Shown: positions 18,286 to 27,058 of the stretch, piece by piece
Layout of the letters: the number at the start of each line of letters is the position of its first letter
Position numbering within the stretch: the first letter of the stretch is position 1
Assembly (NCBI GenBank): GCA_051867615.1
Contig: JBJDYU010000013.1
Location: 4,863-68,862 of the forward strand
Direction: 5' to 3'
From: Oscillospiraceae bacterium
GTDB lineage: Bacteria; Bacillota; Clostridia; Oscillospirales; Oscillospiraceae
DNA length: 64,000 bases
Notes under the pieces: model-generated
What the model saw: only the letters and a program-made list of their open reading frames with translations
Databases searched by the model: none
Told to the model about the DNA's origin: nothing
Translations under genes and position numbers: made by a program

Positions 18286-20922
18286 ATGCGATACTATTGC
18301 GAAGACAAGGAAGAAGTCCTGCGGTCACTCAGCACCTCCGAAGCCGGCCTCAGCGAGAACGAGGCGCGAAAGCGGCTGGAGCAAAACGGCAAGAACCGGC
18401 TGGTGGCCGCCAAGGGCAAGAGCCTGCTGCGCCGCTTTTTCGAGCAGCTGGCGGACCCCATGATCCTCATCCTGCTGGCGGCGGCCGCCATCAGCGGCAT
18501 ACTGGCCGTGATGGAAAACGACAGCTTTGCCGACGTCATCATCATTCTGGCGGTGGTCATCGTCAACGCCGTGCTGGGCGTCTATCAGGAGAGCAAGGCG
18601 GAAAAGGCCATCGAGGCCCTGCAGGAGATGTCCGCCGCCACCTCCCGGGTGCTGCGGGACGGCAAGGTGCGCGTCATCCGCAGCGAGGATCTGGTGGTGG
18701 GCGACGTGGTGCTGCTGGAAGCCGGCGACGCGGTCCCCGCGGACGCCCGCATTCTGGAAAGCGCCAGTTTGAAGGTGGAGGAGGCCGCCCTCACCGGCGA
18801 GTCCGTGCCTGTCACCAAGTTCATCGACATCATTCAGCTCTCCGACGGGGCGAAGGACGTGCCTCTCGGCGACCGCAAAAACATGGTCTACATGGGCGGC
18901 GCCGTGGTCTACGGCCGTGGCAGCGCCGTGGTCACCGCCACCGGCATGGACACGGAAATGGGCAAGATCGCCGGCGCGCTGGCCCAGGCCGAGGAGGGCG
19001 AGACCCCGCTGCAGATCAAGCTGAGCCAGCTGTCGAAGATCCTGACCTGGCTGGTGCTGGGCATCTGCGCGGTGGTGTTCGGCGTGCAGCTGCTGAGGGC
19101 CGGGAGTCTTGATTTTGAGCTGGTGCTCAGCTCCTTCATGGTGGCGGTGTCTCTGGCCGTGGCGGCCATCCCCGAGGGCCTTGCCGCCGTGGTGACGGTG
19201 GTACTCTCCATCGGCGTCACCAATATGTCCAAGCGCAACGCCATCATCCGCCGGCTCACCGCCGTGGAGACCCTGGGCTGCGCCCAGATCATCTGCTCCG
19301 ACAAGACCGGCACCCTGACCCAGAATAAAATGACCGTGGTGGACCACTTCGGTGAGGACGAAAAGCGTCTCGCCGCCGCCATGGCCCTTTGCAGCGACGC
19401 GGAGCTGGACGGCGAGGGCGGCGTCACCGGCGAGCCTACCGAGGCGGCTCTCGTGGCCTGGGCCGACAAGCTGGGGCTGGACAAGCCCACGCTGAAGGAA
19501 AAGCTGCCCCGCTGCGGCGAGGCCCCCTTCGATTCCGGACGGAAGATGATGTCCACCGTCCACAAAACCGACGGCGGCTTCATCCAGTACACCAAGGGCG
19601 CGCCGGACGTGGTCATCGGACGATGCACCCATTATCTCGAAAACGGCAAGGCCGTCCCCATGACGGAGGAATACGCCGCCCGCATTCTTGCCGCCAACAA
19701 GGCCATGGCTGACCGCGCGCTGCGGGTACTGGCCTGCGCCGAACGGGTCTGGGCCGAGGAGCCCGGGCAGTATGAGGCGGAATATCTGGAGCAGCAGCTC
19801 TGCTTTACGGGCCTCGGCGGCATGATCGACCCGGTCCGCCCGGAGGTAAAGGGCGCCATTGTGAAGTGCCGCGAGGCCGGCATCCGCCCCATTATGATCA
19901 CCGGCGACCACATCGACACCGCCGTGGCCATCGCGAGGGAGCTGGGCATCATCACGGCGGAGACCCGGGCCATCACCGGCGCGCAGCTCAGCGACATGAG
20001 CGACGAGGAATTCGAGCGGTGCTTTGAGAGCATCAGCGTCTACGCCCGCGTACAGCCCGAGCACAAGACCCGCATCGTCAACGCCTGGCGCAAGGCCGGC
20101 TACGTCACCGCCATGACCGGCGACGGCGTGAACGACGCTCCCTCCATCAAGGCGGCGGACATCGGCGTGGGCATGGGCATCACCGGCACTGACGTGACCA
20201 AGAACGTGGCGGACATGGTGCTGGCGGACGACAACTTCGCCACCATCGTGGGCGCCGTGGAGGAGGGCCGGAGGATCTACGACAACATCCGCAAGGCCAT
20301 CCAGTTCCTGCTGGGCTCCAACATGAGCGAGGTGCTCAGCATCTTCTTCGCCACCCTCATGGGCTTTACCATCCTGCAGCCGGTGCATCTGCTGTGGATC
20401 AACCTTGTGACGGACTGCTTCCCGGCGCTGGCTCTCGGCATGGAAAAGGCGGAGCCCCACATCATGCGGCGCAAGCCCCGCGACGCCAAGGCCGGCGTCT
20501 TTGCCGGCGGCATGGCCTTCGACGTGGCCTATCAGGGCGCTCTCGTGACGCTGCTGGTCCTCGCCTCCTACTTCATCGGCCATTTCATGGAGACCGGCAC
20601 CTGGGCCATCACCAACAGCGCCGACGGCACCACCATGGCCTTCCTGACCATGTCCATGGCGGAGATCTTCCACAGCCTGAATATGCGCTCCCAGCGGGGC
20701 AGCATCTTCCGTCTCGGCTCCCAGAACAAGGCGCTCCTCATCGCCGCGGTCTGCTCCCTCATCGCCACCACCGTGGTCTGCGAGATCCCCTTCCTGGCCG
20801 CCGCTTTCGAGTTCACCAGCGTGGAGCTGGGCGAATACCTCATCGCCATCGCCCTCGGCGCCTGCGTCATCCCCATCGTGGAGCTGGTGAAGTATTTCCA
20901 GCGCCGCGCCGCCAGAACCTGA
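18286..20922 (+). CDS. P2-type cation-transporting ATPase (Ca2+/Mn2+ family)
   Basis: Cation_ATPase_N motif LSENEARKRLEQNGKNRL, then DKTGTLT, TGDHIDTA, GDGVNDAP. ATG at 18286 follows GGGAGG. Confidence 0.92.
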   Translation: MRYYCEDKEEVLRSLSTSEAGLSENEARKRLEQNGKNRLVAAKGKSLLRRFFEQLADPMILILLAAAAISGILAVMENDSFADVIIILAVVIVNAVLGVYQESKAEKAIEALQEMSAATSRVLRDGKVRVIRSEDLVVGDVVLLEAGDAVPADARILESASLKVEEAALTGESVPVTKFIDIIQLSDGAKDVPLGDRKNMVYMGGAVVYGRGSAVVTATGMDTEMGKIAGALAQAEEGETPLQIKLSQLSKILTWLVLGICAVVFGVQLLRAGSLDFELVLSSFMVAVSLAVAAIPEGLAAVVTVVLSIGVTNMSKRNAIIRRLTAVETLGCAQIICSDKTGTLTQNKMTVVDHFGEDEKRLAAAMALCSDAELDGEGGVTGEPTEAALVAWADKLGLDKPTLKEKLPRCGEAPFDSGRKMMSTVHKTDGGFIQYTKGAPDVVIGRCTHYLENGKAVPMTEEYAARILAANKAMADRALRVLACAERVWAEEPGQYEAEYLEQQLCFTGLGGMIDPVRPEVKGAIVKCREAGIRPIMITGDHIDTAVAIARELGIITAETRAITGAQLSDMSDEEFERCFESISVYARVQPEHKTRIVNAWRKAGYVTAMTGDGVNDAPSIKAADIGVGMGITGTDVTKNVADMVLADDNFATIVGAVEEGRRIYDNIRKAIQFLLGSNMSEVLSIFFATLMGFTILQPVHLLWINLVTDCFPALALGMEKAEPHIMRRKPRDAKAGVFAGGMAFDVAYQGALVTLLVLASYFIGHFMETGTWAITNSADGTTMAFLTMSMAEIFHSLNMRSQRGSIFRLGSQNKALLIAAVCSLIATTVVCEIPFLAAAFEFTSVELGEYLIAIALGACVIPIVELVKYFQRRAART

Positions 20923-20954
20923 GCGCCCAGCAAAACTTTCATATATCAAGCGCA

Positions 20955-20986
20955 AGCCCCGGGACAGCCGTCCCGGGGCTTTTTTT
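20955..20986 (+). terminator. Rho-independent terminator after the ATPase
   Basis: AGCCCCGGGAC-N4-GTCCCGGGGCT followed by TTTTTT. Confidence 0.85.
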
Positions 20987-21176
20987 GCGCGCTCAATAGC
21001 AGCGCGCCGCGCTGGCTTTTAAGTTTACATAAAGTCGCAGCGTGTCCGTCGAAGATGGTTACAATTCCCATCAAATTTGTTACTATTTTGTATAAGCCGT
21101 CGGGGGCTTGATCCCGGGTTTTTCACCGGATTTTCAGCTCAAGTGGGAGCGGTTATTTCTTTTCGACCGCTCAAAC

Positions 21177-21205
21177 TTGACAAAAGTGGGGAATTGGTGT
21201 ATAGT
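21177..21205 (+). promoter_or_regulatory. Promoter for the G5/3D-domain gene
   Basis: TTGACA, 17-nt spacer, extended -10 TGTATAGT. Confidence 0.6.
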
Positions 21206-21325
21206 GCTCCTTGCTTTTTCAAAAGTTACAGTTTTGTAACCTTTGTCATTTTTCTTCCAGCAACTGTATAAATGCAGGAAAATGGAGGAAAACTGAGGAC
21301 AGAAAGCCATACTCTGGAGGTATCT

Positions 21326-22309
21326 ATGATTCGAAGCTTTGACCGACGGCCCGCCGCCCGCCACACCGGGCGCAGCGCCGTCTCCGCCCTGCTGACGCTG
21401 GCGCTGGCCGTGTGTCTGCTGGGCGTGACCTACGCCGACGCGCTGGACACGCGCGCCGCGTGGCGTTTCTCTGCGCCGCAGGACCTGACGGGCCGCGTGT
21501 TCTTCACGGGCCTGGCGGAGGATGCGCCGGAGGACTACCGTTTTTCCGCCGGCGGGAGCCTTTCCCTGCTGCGCCGCGACCTCTCCCTCCCCGTGGTGAC
21601 GGAGGAGGAGACGGTGGCGGAGCTGCTGCACCGCCTGGACATCTCGCTGGAGGAGGATGAAGCGGTGCTGGTGGATTTCACCGGGGATATCCCGGCGCTC
21701 TCCATCGCCTCCGACTTCACCTGCGAGGTGGAGTGGCGCGAACCGGTGGCCTGCGCCACCCGCTATGAGGAAAACAGCTCCCTCGCCTGGGGCGAGGAGA
21801 CGGTGGTGCAGGAGGGCCGGGACGGCTACATCCCCCACACCTCCCTCGTGTGGGTGGAAAACGGCCGCGCGACCGTCTCCTTCCCCCTCTTCACCGGGGA
21901 CAGCACCGCCCAGGATGAGATCATCCAGTACGGCACCCGCAGCAAAAACGCCACGGTGCAGGTGCTAAGCTACACCGGCGGCACCGTCAACGTGAACGGT
22001 CAGGCGCTGCGCTACTCCAAGTGCCTGCGCATGACCGGCACGGCTTACACCGCCGGGGTGGGCGAGGTGGACACCGTCACCGCCACCGGCACCACCGTCC
22101 ATGTGGGCGTGGTGGCCGTGGACCGCCGGGTCATCCCCCTGGGCTCCCGGCTCTATATCGAGACTGCCAGGGGCAGCTACGTCTACGGCGTCGCCGTGGC
22201 GGAGGACACCGGCGTGAAGGGCAACGTCATCGATCTGTACATGGCGAGCTACGCCGACTGCGTCAACTTCGGCCGCCGGGCGGTGAACGTCTATATTCTC
22301 GAGTCATAA
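21326..22309 (+). CDS. YabE-like secreted protein (G5 domain plus C-terminal 3D domain)
   Basis: Signal anchor SAVSALLTLALAVCLLG. G5-like GEETVVQEGRDGY. 3D domain TATGTTVHVGVVAVDRRVIPLGSRLYIE...GNVIDLYM. The position next to rsmA matches Bacillus yabE-ksgA. Confidence 0.8.
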   Translation: MIRSFDRRPAARHTGRSAVSALLTLALAVCLLGVTYADALDTRAAWRFSAPQDLTGRVFFTGLAEDAPEDYRFSAGGSLSLLRRDLSLPVVTEEETVAELLHRLDISLEEDEAVLVDFTGDIPALSIASDFTCEVEWREPVACATRYEENSSLAWGEETVVQEGRDGYIPHTSLVWVENGRATVSFPLFTGDSTAQDEIIQYGTRSKNATVQVLSYTGGTVNVNGQALRYSKCLRMTGTAYTAGVGEVDTVTATGTTVHVGVVAVDRRVIPLGSRLYIETARGSYVYGVAVAEDTGVKGNVIDLYMASYADCVNFGRRAVNVYILES

Positions 22310-22595
22310 CCACCGGCTAAGCCGGTGGCTTGAGTTGGCCCTATAAGGGCCTATTACCGGCAAGCGTCTCAAGACGCACTGAAATTTTTTCACTCGCATC
22401 ACTTGCCCTGCAGCCCGTAAACGGGCGATCACCGTTCTAACAGAAGCTTTCTATTATTGAAAACTTCCTGTTAGCGGCTCGCTTCGCTCGATGCTTGAAG
22501 CTAAAGCTTTTACGGGACACCTCCACCGGCAGAGCCGGTGGTTTCCGTGACCAATGACGGCAAGACCGGCCGGGCGCAGCGCCCGGCCGGTCTTG
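22310..22595. repeat. Intergenic island of short perfect hairpins (island A)
   Basis: CCACCGGC-TAA-GCCGGTGG (22310-22328) and CCACCGGC-AGA-GCCGGTGG (22523-22541) bracket about 195 nt containing at least 5 further hairpins. A 16-bp GC hairpin at 22561-22595 follows. Confidence 0.6.
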
Positions 22596-22648
22596 TATAA
22601 GCTCTCTCAGCCCTCTCGCGCCCCTTTTCATGCAGCAAACAAATTGTT

Positions 22649-22677
22649 TTGCAAAATGCGGTCGCTTCCGCTATAAT
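22649..22677 (+). promoter_or_regulatory. Promoter for rsmA
   Basis: TTGCAA, 17 nt, TATAAT. Confidence 0.65.
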
Positions 22678-22717
22678 GGCAGAGATAAGCGAAACCACCG
22701 CGAAAAGGAGACGGCCA

Positions 22718-23584
22718 ATGGAGCTTTGCGATCTGAACGTGATACGGGAGCTGCTGGCGCGCCACGGCTTCCATTTTTCCAAATCCATGGGGCAGAATTT
22801 CCTCACCGACCCCGCCGTGCCGCCGGCCATCGCCGCCGCCTCCGGCGCGGACGAGAGCTGCGGCGTGCTGGAGATCGGCCCCGGCATCGGCACGCTGACC
22901 CAGGAGCTGTGCCGCATAGCGGGCAGGGTGGCGTCGGTGGAGGTAGACAAGACCCTCCTGCCGGTGCTGGAGGAGACCATGGCAGGCTTTTCGAATTTCA
23001 CCCTCATCCCCGGCGACATTCTGAAAACAGACCTGCCCGCTCTGGTGGCCCGGGAGTTTCCGGGGCTCACGCCCATCGTCTGCGCGAACCTCCCCTACAA
23101 TATCACCACGCCTGTGCTGACGGCGCTGGTGCGGGCGGGCTGCTTTGCCTCCCTGACGGTGCTCATCCAGAAGGAGGTGGCGGAGCGCATCTGCGCGAAA
23201 AGCGGCACGGCGGAATACGGCGCTTTTTCCGTGTTCATGCAGTTCTACACCGAGCCGGAAAAGCTCTTTGACGTGCCGAACACCTGCTTCGTCCCCCGGC
23301 CCAAGGTGACTTCGTCGGTGCTACACTGCCGCGTGCGGGAGACCCCCGCCGCCGAGGCAAAGGACGAGGCGCTGTTCCACCGCACTGTCCGCGCCGCCTT
23401 CGCCATGCGGCGCAAAACGCTGCTGAACAGTCTCGCCGGGGGCTTTGGAGAGCTGACGAAGGCGCAGCTCGCCGAGGCTATCGCCGCCTGCGGCCTGCCG
23501 GCGGACATCCGGGGCGAACGGATGGAAATTCGTGAATTCGCGGCGCTGAGCGAGCGGCTCGGCGCGCTGCTGCAGGAGGTATGA
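22718..23584 (+). CDS. rsmA: 16S rRNA (adenine1518/1519-N6)-dimethyltransferase
   Basis: KSMGQNFL, LEIGPGIGTLT, ANLPYNITTP. ATG at 22718 follows AAGGAG. Confidence 0.95.
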   Translation: MELCDLNVIRELLARHGFHFSKSMGQNFLTDPAVPPAIAAASGADESCGVLEIGPGIGTLTQELCRIAGRVASVEVDKTLLPVLEETMAGFSNFTLIPGDILKTDLPALVAREFPGLTPIVCANLPYNITTPVLTALVRAGCFASLTVLIQKEVAERICAKSGTAEYGAFSVFMQFYTEPEKLFDVPNTCFVPRPKVTSSVLHCRVRETPAAEAKDEALFHRTVRAAFAMRRKTLLNSLAGGFGELTKAQLAEAIAACGLPADIRGERMEIREFAALSERLGALLQEV

Positions 23585-24033
23585 GCATGAGATTTGCCAA
23601 TGAAGAAAAGTCCCTCACCATCACGGTGAAGGACTACGAGTTCCCGGAGCGCACGGGGAACGCGGAGGAATACGATTACGACGCCAACTGGCTGGTGCTG
23701 CGGGGCGTGTACCGGGAGGGGCGGAGCGAGCGCAGCTTTGAAAACAGCTGCCTGCTCACCGGCGAGCTGCTGGCCCTCTCCGCCGGGCTGAAGCTCCTGG
23801 CCGCCGGCGTGCGGGACAGCTATGAAAGCGAGTTCAACGACCCCTACTTCGAGGTCACGGCGGAGGTCATAGGTCTGGGCCGGTATCTGATCTACGCCGC
23901 CTTCTCCATGCTGGTGGAGGAGGACCGCTGGGAGAGCTTCGGCGTGGAGAGCTTTCTGGACGATGCGGGGCTGAAGGCCCTCATCGCGGAGGTGGACGAG
24001 GCCGCCCGGGCTTTCCCGGAGAAGAAAGGCTGA
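23581..24033 (+). CDS. Hypothetical cytoplasmic protein, possibly WapI-like immunity fold
   Basis: ATGA overlap with the rsmA stop. N-terminal pattern LTITVKDYEFPE...YDYDANWLVL recalls WapI-family immunity proteins. This is from recollection and is not verified. Confidence 0.55.
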   Translation: MSMRFANEEKSLTITVKDYEFPERTGNAEEYDYDANWLVLRGVYREGRSERSFENSCLLTGELLALSAGLKLLAAGVRDSYESEFNDPYFEVTAEVIGLGRYLIYAAFSMLVEEDRWESFGVESFLDDAGLKALIAEVDEAARAFPEKKG

Positions 24034-24048
24034 ACTTCACAAAACAGG

Positions 24049-24076
24049 CAGGGCGCGGCCGAAAAGCCGCGCCCTG
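24049..24076. terminator. Bidirectional hairpin between convergent genes
   Basis: CAGGGCGCGGC-CGAAAA-GCCGCGCCCTG followed by TTTG. Confidence 0.65.
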
Positions 24077-24098
24077 TTTGCTGTAAAGGGTCGTTTTC

Positions 24099-24833
24099 TT
24101 ATGAAAGGCTTAAAACCTCGGTCAGCTCCCGCCAGTCGCGGATATGGAGGTATTCGAAATCCGGCAGCGCTTCGTTTCTGTGGTCAAAGGACTGGCCGAT
24201 AGGAACGTCTCCCTCGAAAAGCACCGGGAACATCCCCGCGTCATGGGAGCCTCGGACATCCGCCGGAATGCTGTCGCCGCAGTACCAGACCTGCTCCGCG
24301 GGCAGCCGGGCCTTTTGCAGCGCGATCTCAAACAGGCGCTTATCCGGCTTGCGCACCAGATAATCGCAGGAGGAGAGGACGAATTCAAAGCGGTTTTTGG
24401 GCAGCAGCCGGTCGATCCGCTCCCGCAGCGCCTCCCCCGACCAGCCGTTGTTGCTGACAACTCCCGTCCTGATCCCGGCTTCGTTCAGGTAATCGAGCAG
24501 CTCGTCCGCACGGGGGACCACCGCGCCAGGAGAGGCGGCGTTGTGAAACACGATCTCCCGCTCCAGCGGCGTTAACGACAGCTCTACCCCTAAGTGCTCC
24601 AGCGCCAGGCGGCAGCCCGTGGCGCAGGGGATATCGTAGTGCAGGACTTTTGTGACCTCGTCCAGCTCCCGGAACACCGCCTCCATCTCCCGCCGGATAT
24701 CCTGCAGGGTGCAGCGGTTGGGATTTTGGGTGATGAATTGACATAACGCGGCGTCCCCACGGGCCGCGTCAAAGTCCGGCTCATACAGCAGGGTGTGCCC
24801 CAGATCAAAGAGGATCATTTGCGGCTTTTTCAT
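24099..24833 (-). CDS. HAD-superfamily hydrolase
   Basis: Motif I variant LFDLGHTLL, VVSNN, YCGDSIPADVRG. GGAGG RBS. Confidence 0.8.
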   Translation of the reverse strand: MKKPQMILFDLGHTLLYEPDFDAARGDAALCQFITQNPNRCTLQDIRREMEAVFRELDEVTKVLHYDIPCATGCRLALEHLGVELSLTPLEREIVFHNAASPGAVVPRADELLDYLNEAGIRTGVVSNNGWSGEALRERIDRLLPKNRFEFVLSSCDYLVRKPDKRLFEIALQKARLPAEQVWYCGDSIPADVRGSHDAGMFPVLFEGDVPIGQSFDHRNEALPDFEYLHIRDWRELTEVLSLS

Positions 24834-24851
24834 GCTGCGTCCTCCTGTGGC

Positions 24852-25505
24852 TCACGGCTCAAAGGTGTATTCCAGGCGCTTGCGCCGCCGCTCCGGCCCC
24901 TTGAGGTGGCTGCAAAGCCGCGCCCAGAGCAGGGACAGCACGCCGAAGCCCGCCATGGCCAGCAGCGCCAGACGGAGCAGCGGCCACTGCTCCACCGTCA
25001 TGCTCAGGGCGAAGTCCGCCACGGATACGGCGAAGGCTGCCCCCAGCAGCCAGGGGAAGCGCGTTTTGCCCAGCAGCTGGCGCACCGGCGTATGGGGAAA
25101 AATCAGCTTATAGGTCAGGGCGAAGATCCCCAGCAGCAGGCCCAGCTGCGCCGCGAGGGACAGCAGAAACTGGCCCGGCGCCGTGGCGAGACCCGCCGAC
25201 AGCACGCCCGCCGCGGCGAAACACACCTCGCCCACCGCCCAGAGGGGCAGCAGCACCAGCGCCCGCACCGCCAGCGGCAGCTTCAGCATCCAGGCCCGGA
25301 CGCGGTCCATGCCCCACAGCTCCTCATCCTCGTCGAGATACACCGCGTAGTCCGGCATTTCCCCGGCGGCAACTATCATCACGTGCCCGTCCTGAGGCGG
25401 CTCCGCCCCCGATAGCAGCTCCGCCGCGTCGTCCGCGGCGGCATTGGTCAGCATCCCGGCGGCCACCGCCGCCGTGACGATGCCCTGTTTCACCCGCTTG
25501 TCCAT
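24852..25505 (-). CDS. Hypothetical membrane protein
   Basis: Several hydrophobic helices and a Glu/Asp-rich loop. ATG at 25505; alternatives at 25529 and 25595. Confidence 0.5.
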   Translation of the reverse strand: MDKRVKQGIVTAAVAAGMLTNAAADDAAELLSGAEPPQDGHVMIVAAGEMPDYAVYLDEDEELWGMDRVRAWMLKLPLAVRALVLLPLWAVGEVCFAAAGVLSAGLATAPGQFLLSLAAQLGLLLGIFALTYKLIFPHTPVRQLLGKTRFPWLLGAAFAVSVADFALSMTVEQWPLLRLALLAMAGFGVLSLLWARLCSHLKGPERRRKRLEYTFEP

Positions 25506-25657
25506 CTTCTTCCCCCCTTCCGGCGGCATCGCCGCCGGAGCGCCGCCTTTCGCGGCGTTTTTTACCAATATAGTGCATTTTCCCAAAAAGCACAAGAGGG
25601 ATTTCCGGGCCTTCGTCTTTGTGGTACAATAGAAAAAACGACTGCAGGGGAGGGATC

Positions 25658-26095
25658 ATGATGACGCTCACATATGCGCCGGCGCAGGAAGCCGACATAG
25701 AAGCCATCTTCGCGTTCAACAAGGAGCAGATCGACCGCTACGAAGACACGGCGGCCATCGACTACGAGAAGGTTCTCGGCTGGGTGCGCCGAAAGCTCCG
25801 ACAACACATCAGCGAATATATGTGCATACGCGTGGACGGCGAAACAGCCGGCTACTATCACTTCCACATGGCCGAGGGGAAAATGGAGCTGGACGACCTG
25901 TACCTGTTCCCGGAATGGCGCGGCAAGGGGATCGGGACGGCTGTCATCGAGAAGTGCTGCGCTCAAGCCCGGGGGCCGGTCTTCCTGTATGTATTCAAAA
26001 AGAACTGCCGGGCCGTGGCCCTGTATGAAAAAATGGGCTTTCGGGTCACACGGGAAGCCGGCGGCACGCGGTATATCATGGAGCGGGACGGCTGA
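25658..26095 (+). CDS. GNAT-family N-acetyltransferase
   Basis: WRGKGIGTAVIEK acetyl-CoA motif and ALYEKMGF. ATG at 25658 follows GGAGGG. Confidence 0.85.
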   Translation: MMTLTYAPAQEADIEAIFAFNKEQIDRYEDTAAIDYEKVLGWVRRKLRQHISEYMCIRVDGETAGYYHFHMAEGKMELDDLYLFPEWRGKGIGTAVIEKCCAQARGPVFLYVFKKNCRAVALYEKMGFRVTREAGGTRYIMERDG

Positions 26096-26143
26096 GAGCC
26101 GGACGGCCTGACCGCGCCCAGCGCCGGGCGCAGGAAAAATGGA

Positions 26144-26178
26144 ACGTCTCCGCGGAAAGCCCGCGGAGACGTTTTTTC
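26144..26178 (+). terminator. Rho-independent terminator
   Basis: ACGTCTCCGCGG-AAAGC-CCGCGGAGACGT followed by TTTTT. Confidence 0.8.
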
Positions 26179-26185
26179 GCTCCTT

Positions 26186-26422
26186 TCATGTCCCCTGCTT
26201 CGCCCCGCGGCGGAAAAAGAGGGCCAGCAGCGCGCAGAGCAGTATCCCGCAGCCGTAGGGGACCGCCAGCAGGAAGGCCGTGGAGGGCGGGAAGCTGGTC
26301 AAGGCGCAGCGTCCGCCCCAGTCCAGCGCGCAGTACTCGTAGGCCACCACCGCACACATGGTATGGGACAGCAGCAGCGCCAGCACCGCGAACACCCGGC
26401 TCCACAGCATGGCTTGTTTCAT
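26186..26422 (-). CDS. Small hydrophobic membrane protein
   Basis: 78 aa with 2-3 TM segments. GGAGG RBS. Lies 12 nt downstream of the XRE gene. Confidence 0.55.
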   Translation of the reverse strand: MKQAMLWSRVFAVLALLLSHTMCAVVAYEYCALDWGGRCALTSFPPSTAFLLAVPYGCGILLCALLALFFRRGAKQGT

Positions 26423-26434
26423 ACCGTCACCTCC

Positions 26435-26881
26435 TCATTTTTTCCGGAGGAGCAGAAGCACACCCGCCGCGAGGCAGAAAACGCCCAGCAAAAGCAGCAG
26501 ACCGGAGCCGCGCAGCGTCACGGCGGAGGAGGCGTTCAGCGTCTCCGCCGCCCCGGGCAGCGCCGCCAGCAGCACGCCCGTGAGCAGCAGAATCGCGGCC
26601 CCCAGCAGCGCCAGCGTCAGACCGGCAACGGCTTTTCCTCGGGAAAGCGGAGCGCTTTTCTCCTCCCGCGTCTCCGCAGGGGCCGCCGCCCGCCCGGCGG
26701 CCAGCTCGTCCAGCGAGACGCCGAAGCACTCGCTGAGCGCCAGCAGCTTCGGCAGGTCCGGGGTGGAGGCGCCGGTTTCCCACTTGGAGACGGTCTGTCT
26801 CGAGACCCCCAGGCGTTCCGCCAGCTGCTCCTGAGAAAGCCCCTGTTTTCTCCGCAGCGTATAGATCTGTTCCGGCAGCAT
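26435..26881 (-). CDS. XRE-family HTH regulator with C-terminal transmembrane segments
   Basis: LRRKQGLSQEQLAERLGVSRQTVSKWETG. ATG at 26881 follows GGAGGGG. Confidence 0.82.
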   Translation of the reverse strand: MLPEQIYTLRRKQGLSQEQLAERLGVSRQTVSKWETGASTPDLPKLLALSECFGVSLDELAAGRAAAPAETREEKSAPLSRGKAVAGLTLALLGAAILLLTGVLLAALPGAAETLNASSAVTLRGSGLLLLLGVFCLAAGVLLLLRKK

Positions 26882-27058
26882 AGCTCTTTCCCCTCCTGCT
26901 GACAGCATAGCCCCTGCAACCGGCGCAGGCCAGCAAGCTCCGCCGGCAATCCCGCAACCGGGCGTTGCACTTTTCGTGTTTTATTGTATACCATCCCCCC
27001 TGCCGCCGCAAGGGTACGCAAAGCGCCCGGGCGTTTCCGCGCGGGCGTTTTGCCTGTC

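Noticed and set aside
18325-20955. 876-aa ORF antisense to the P-type ATPase gene
   Set aside because: It is exactly co-extensive with a strongly motif-supported gene on the other strand. The translation is an R/G/A/H/L-rich low-complexity product with no motifs, a typical stop-poor antisense frame of high-GC DNA.
21077-21271. 64-aa ORF in the leader of the yabE-like gene
   Set aside because: It starts at a non-ATG codon without an RBS and spans the predicted promoter at 21177-21205. Hydrophobic only by AT/T-rich composition.
22310-22595. Possibility that the hairpin islands are CRISPR arrays or tRNA/rRNA genes
   Set aside because: There is no constant repeat alternating with unique spacers, and no cas genes. 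No cloverleaf-compatible arrangement or conserved T-loop/anticodon features, and no rRNA signature strings.
22437-22631. 64-aa minus-strand ORF inside hairpin island A
   Set aside because: No RBS, a basic low-complexity product, and it runs through several perfect palindromes. More likely non-coding.
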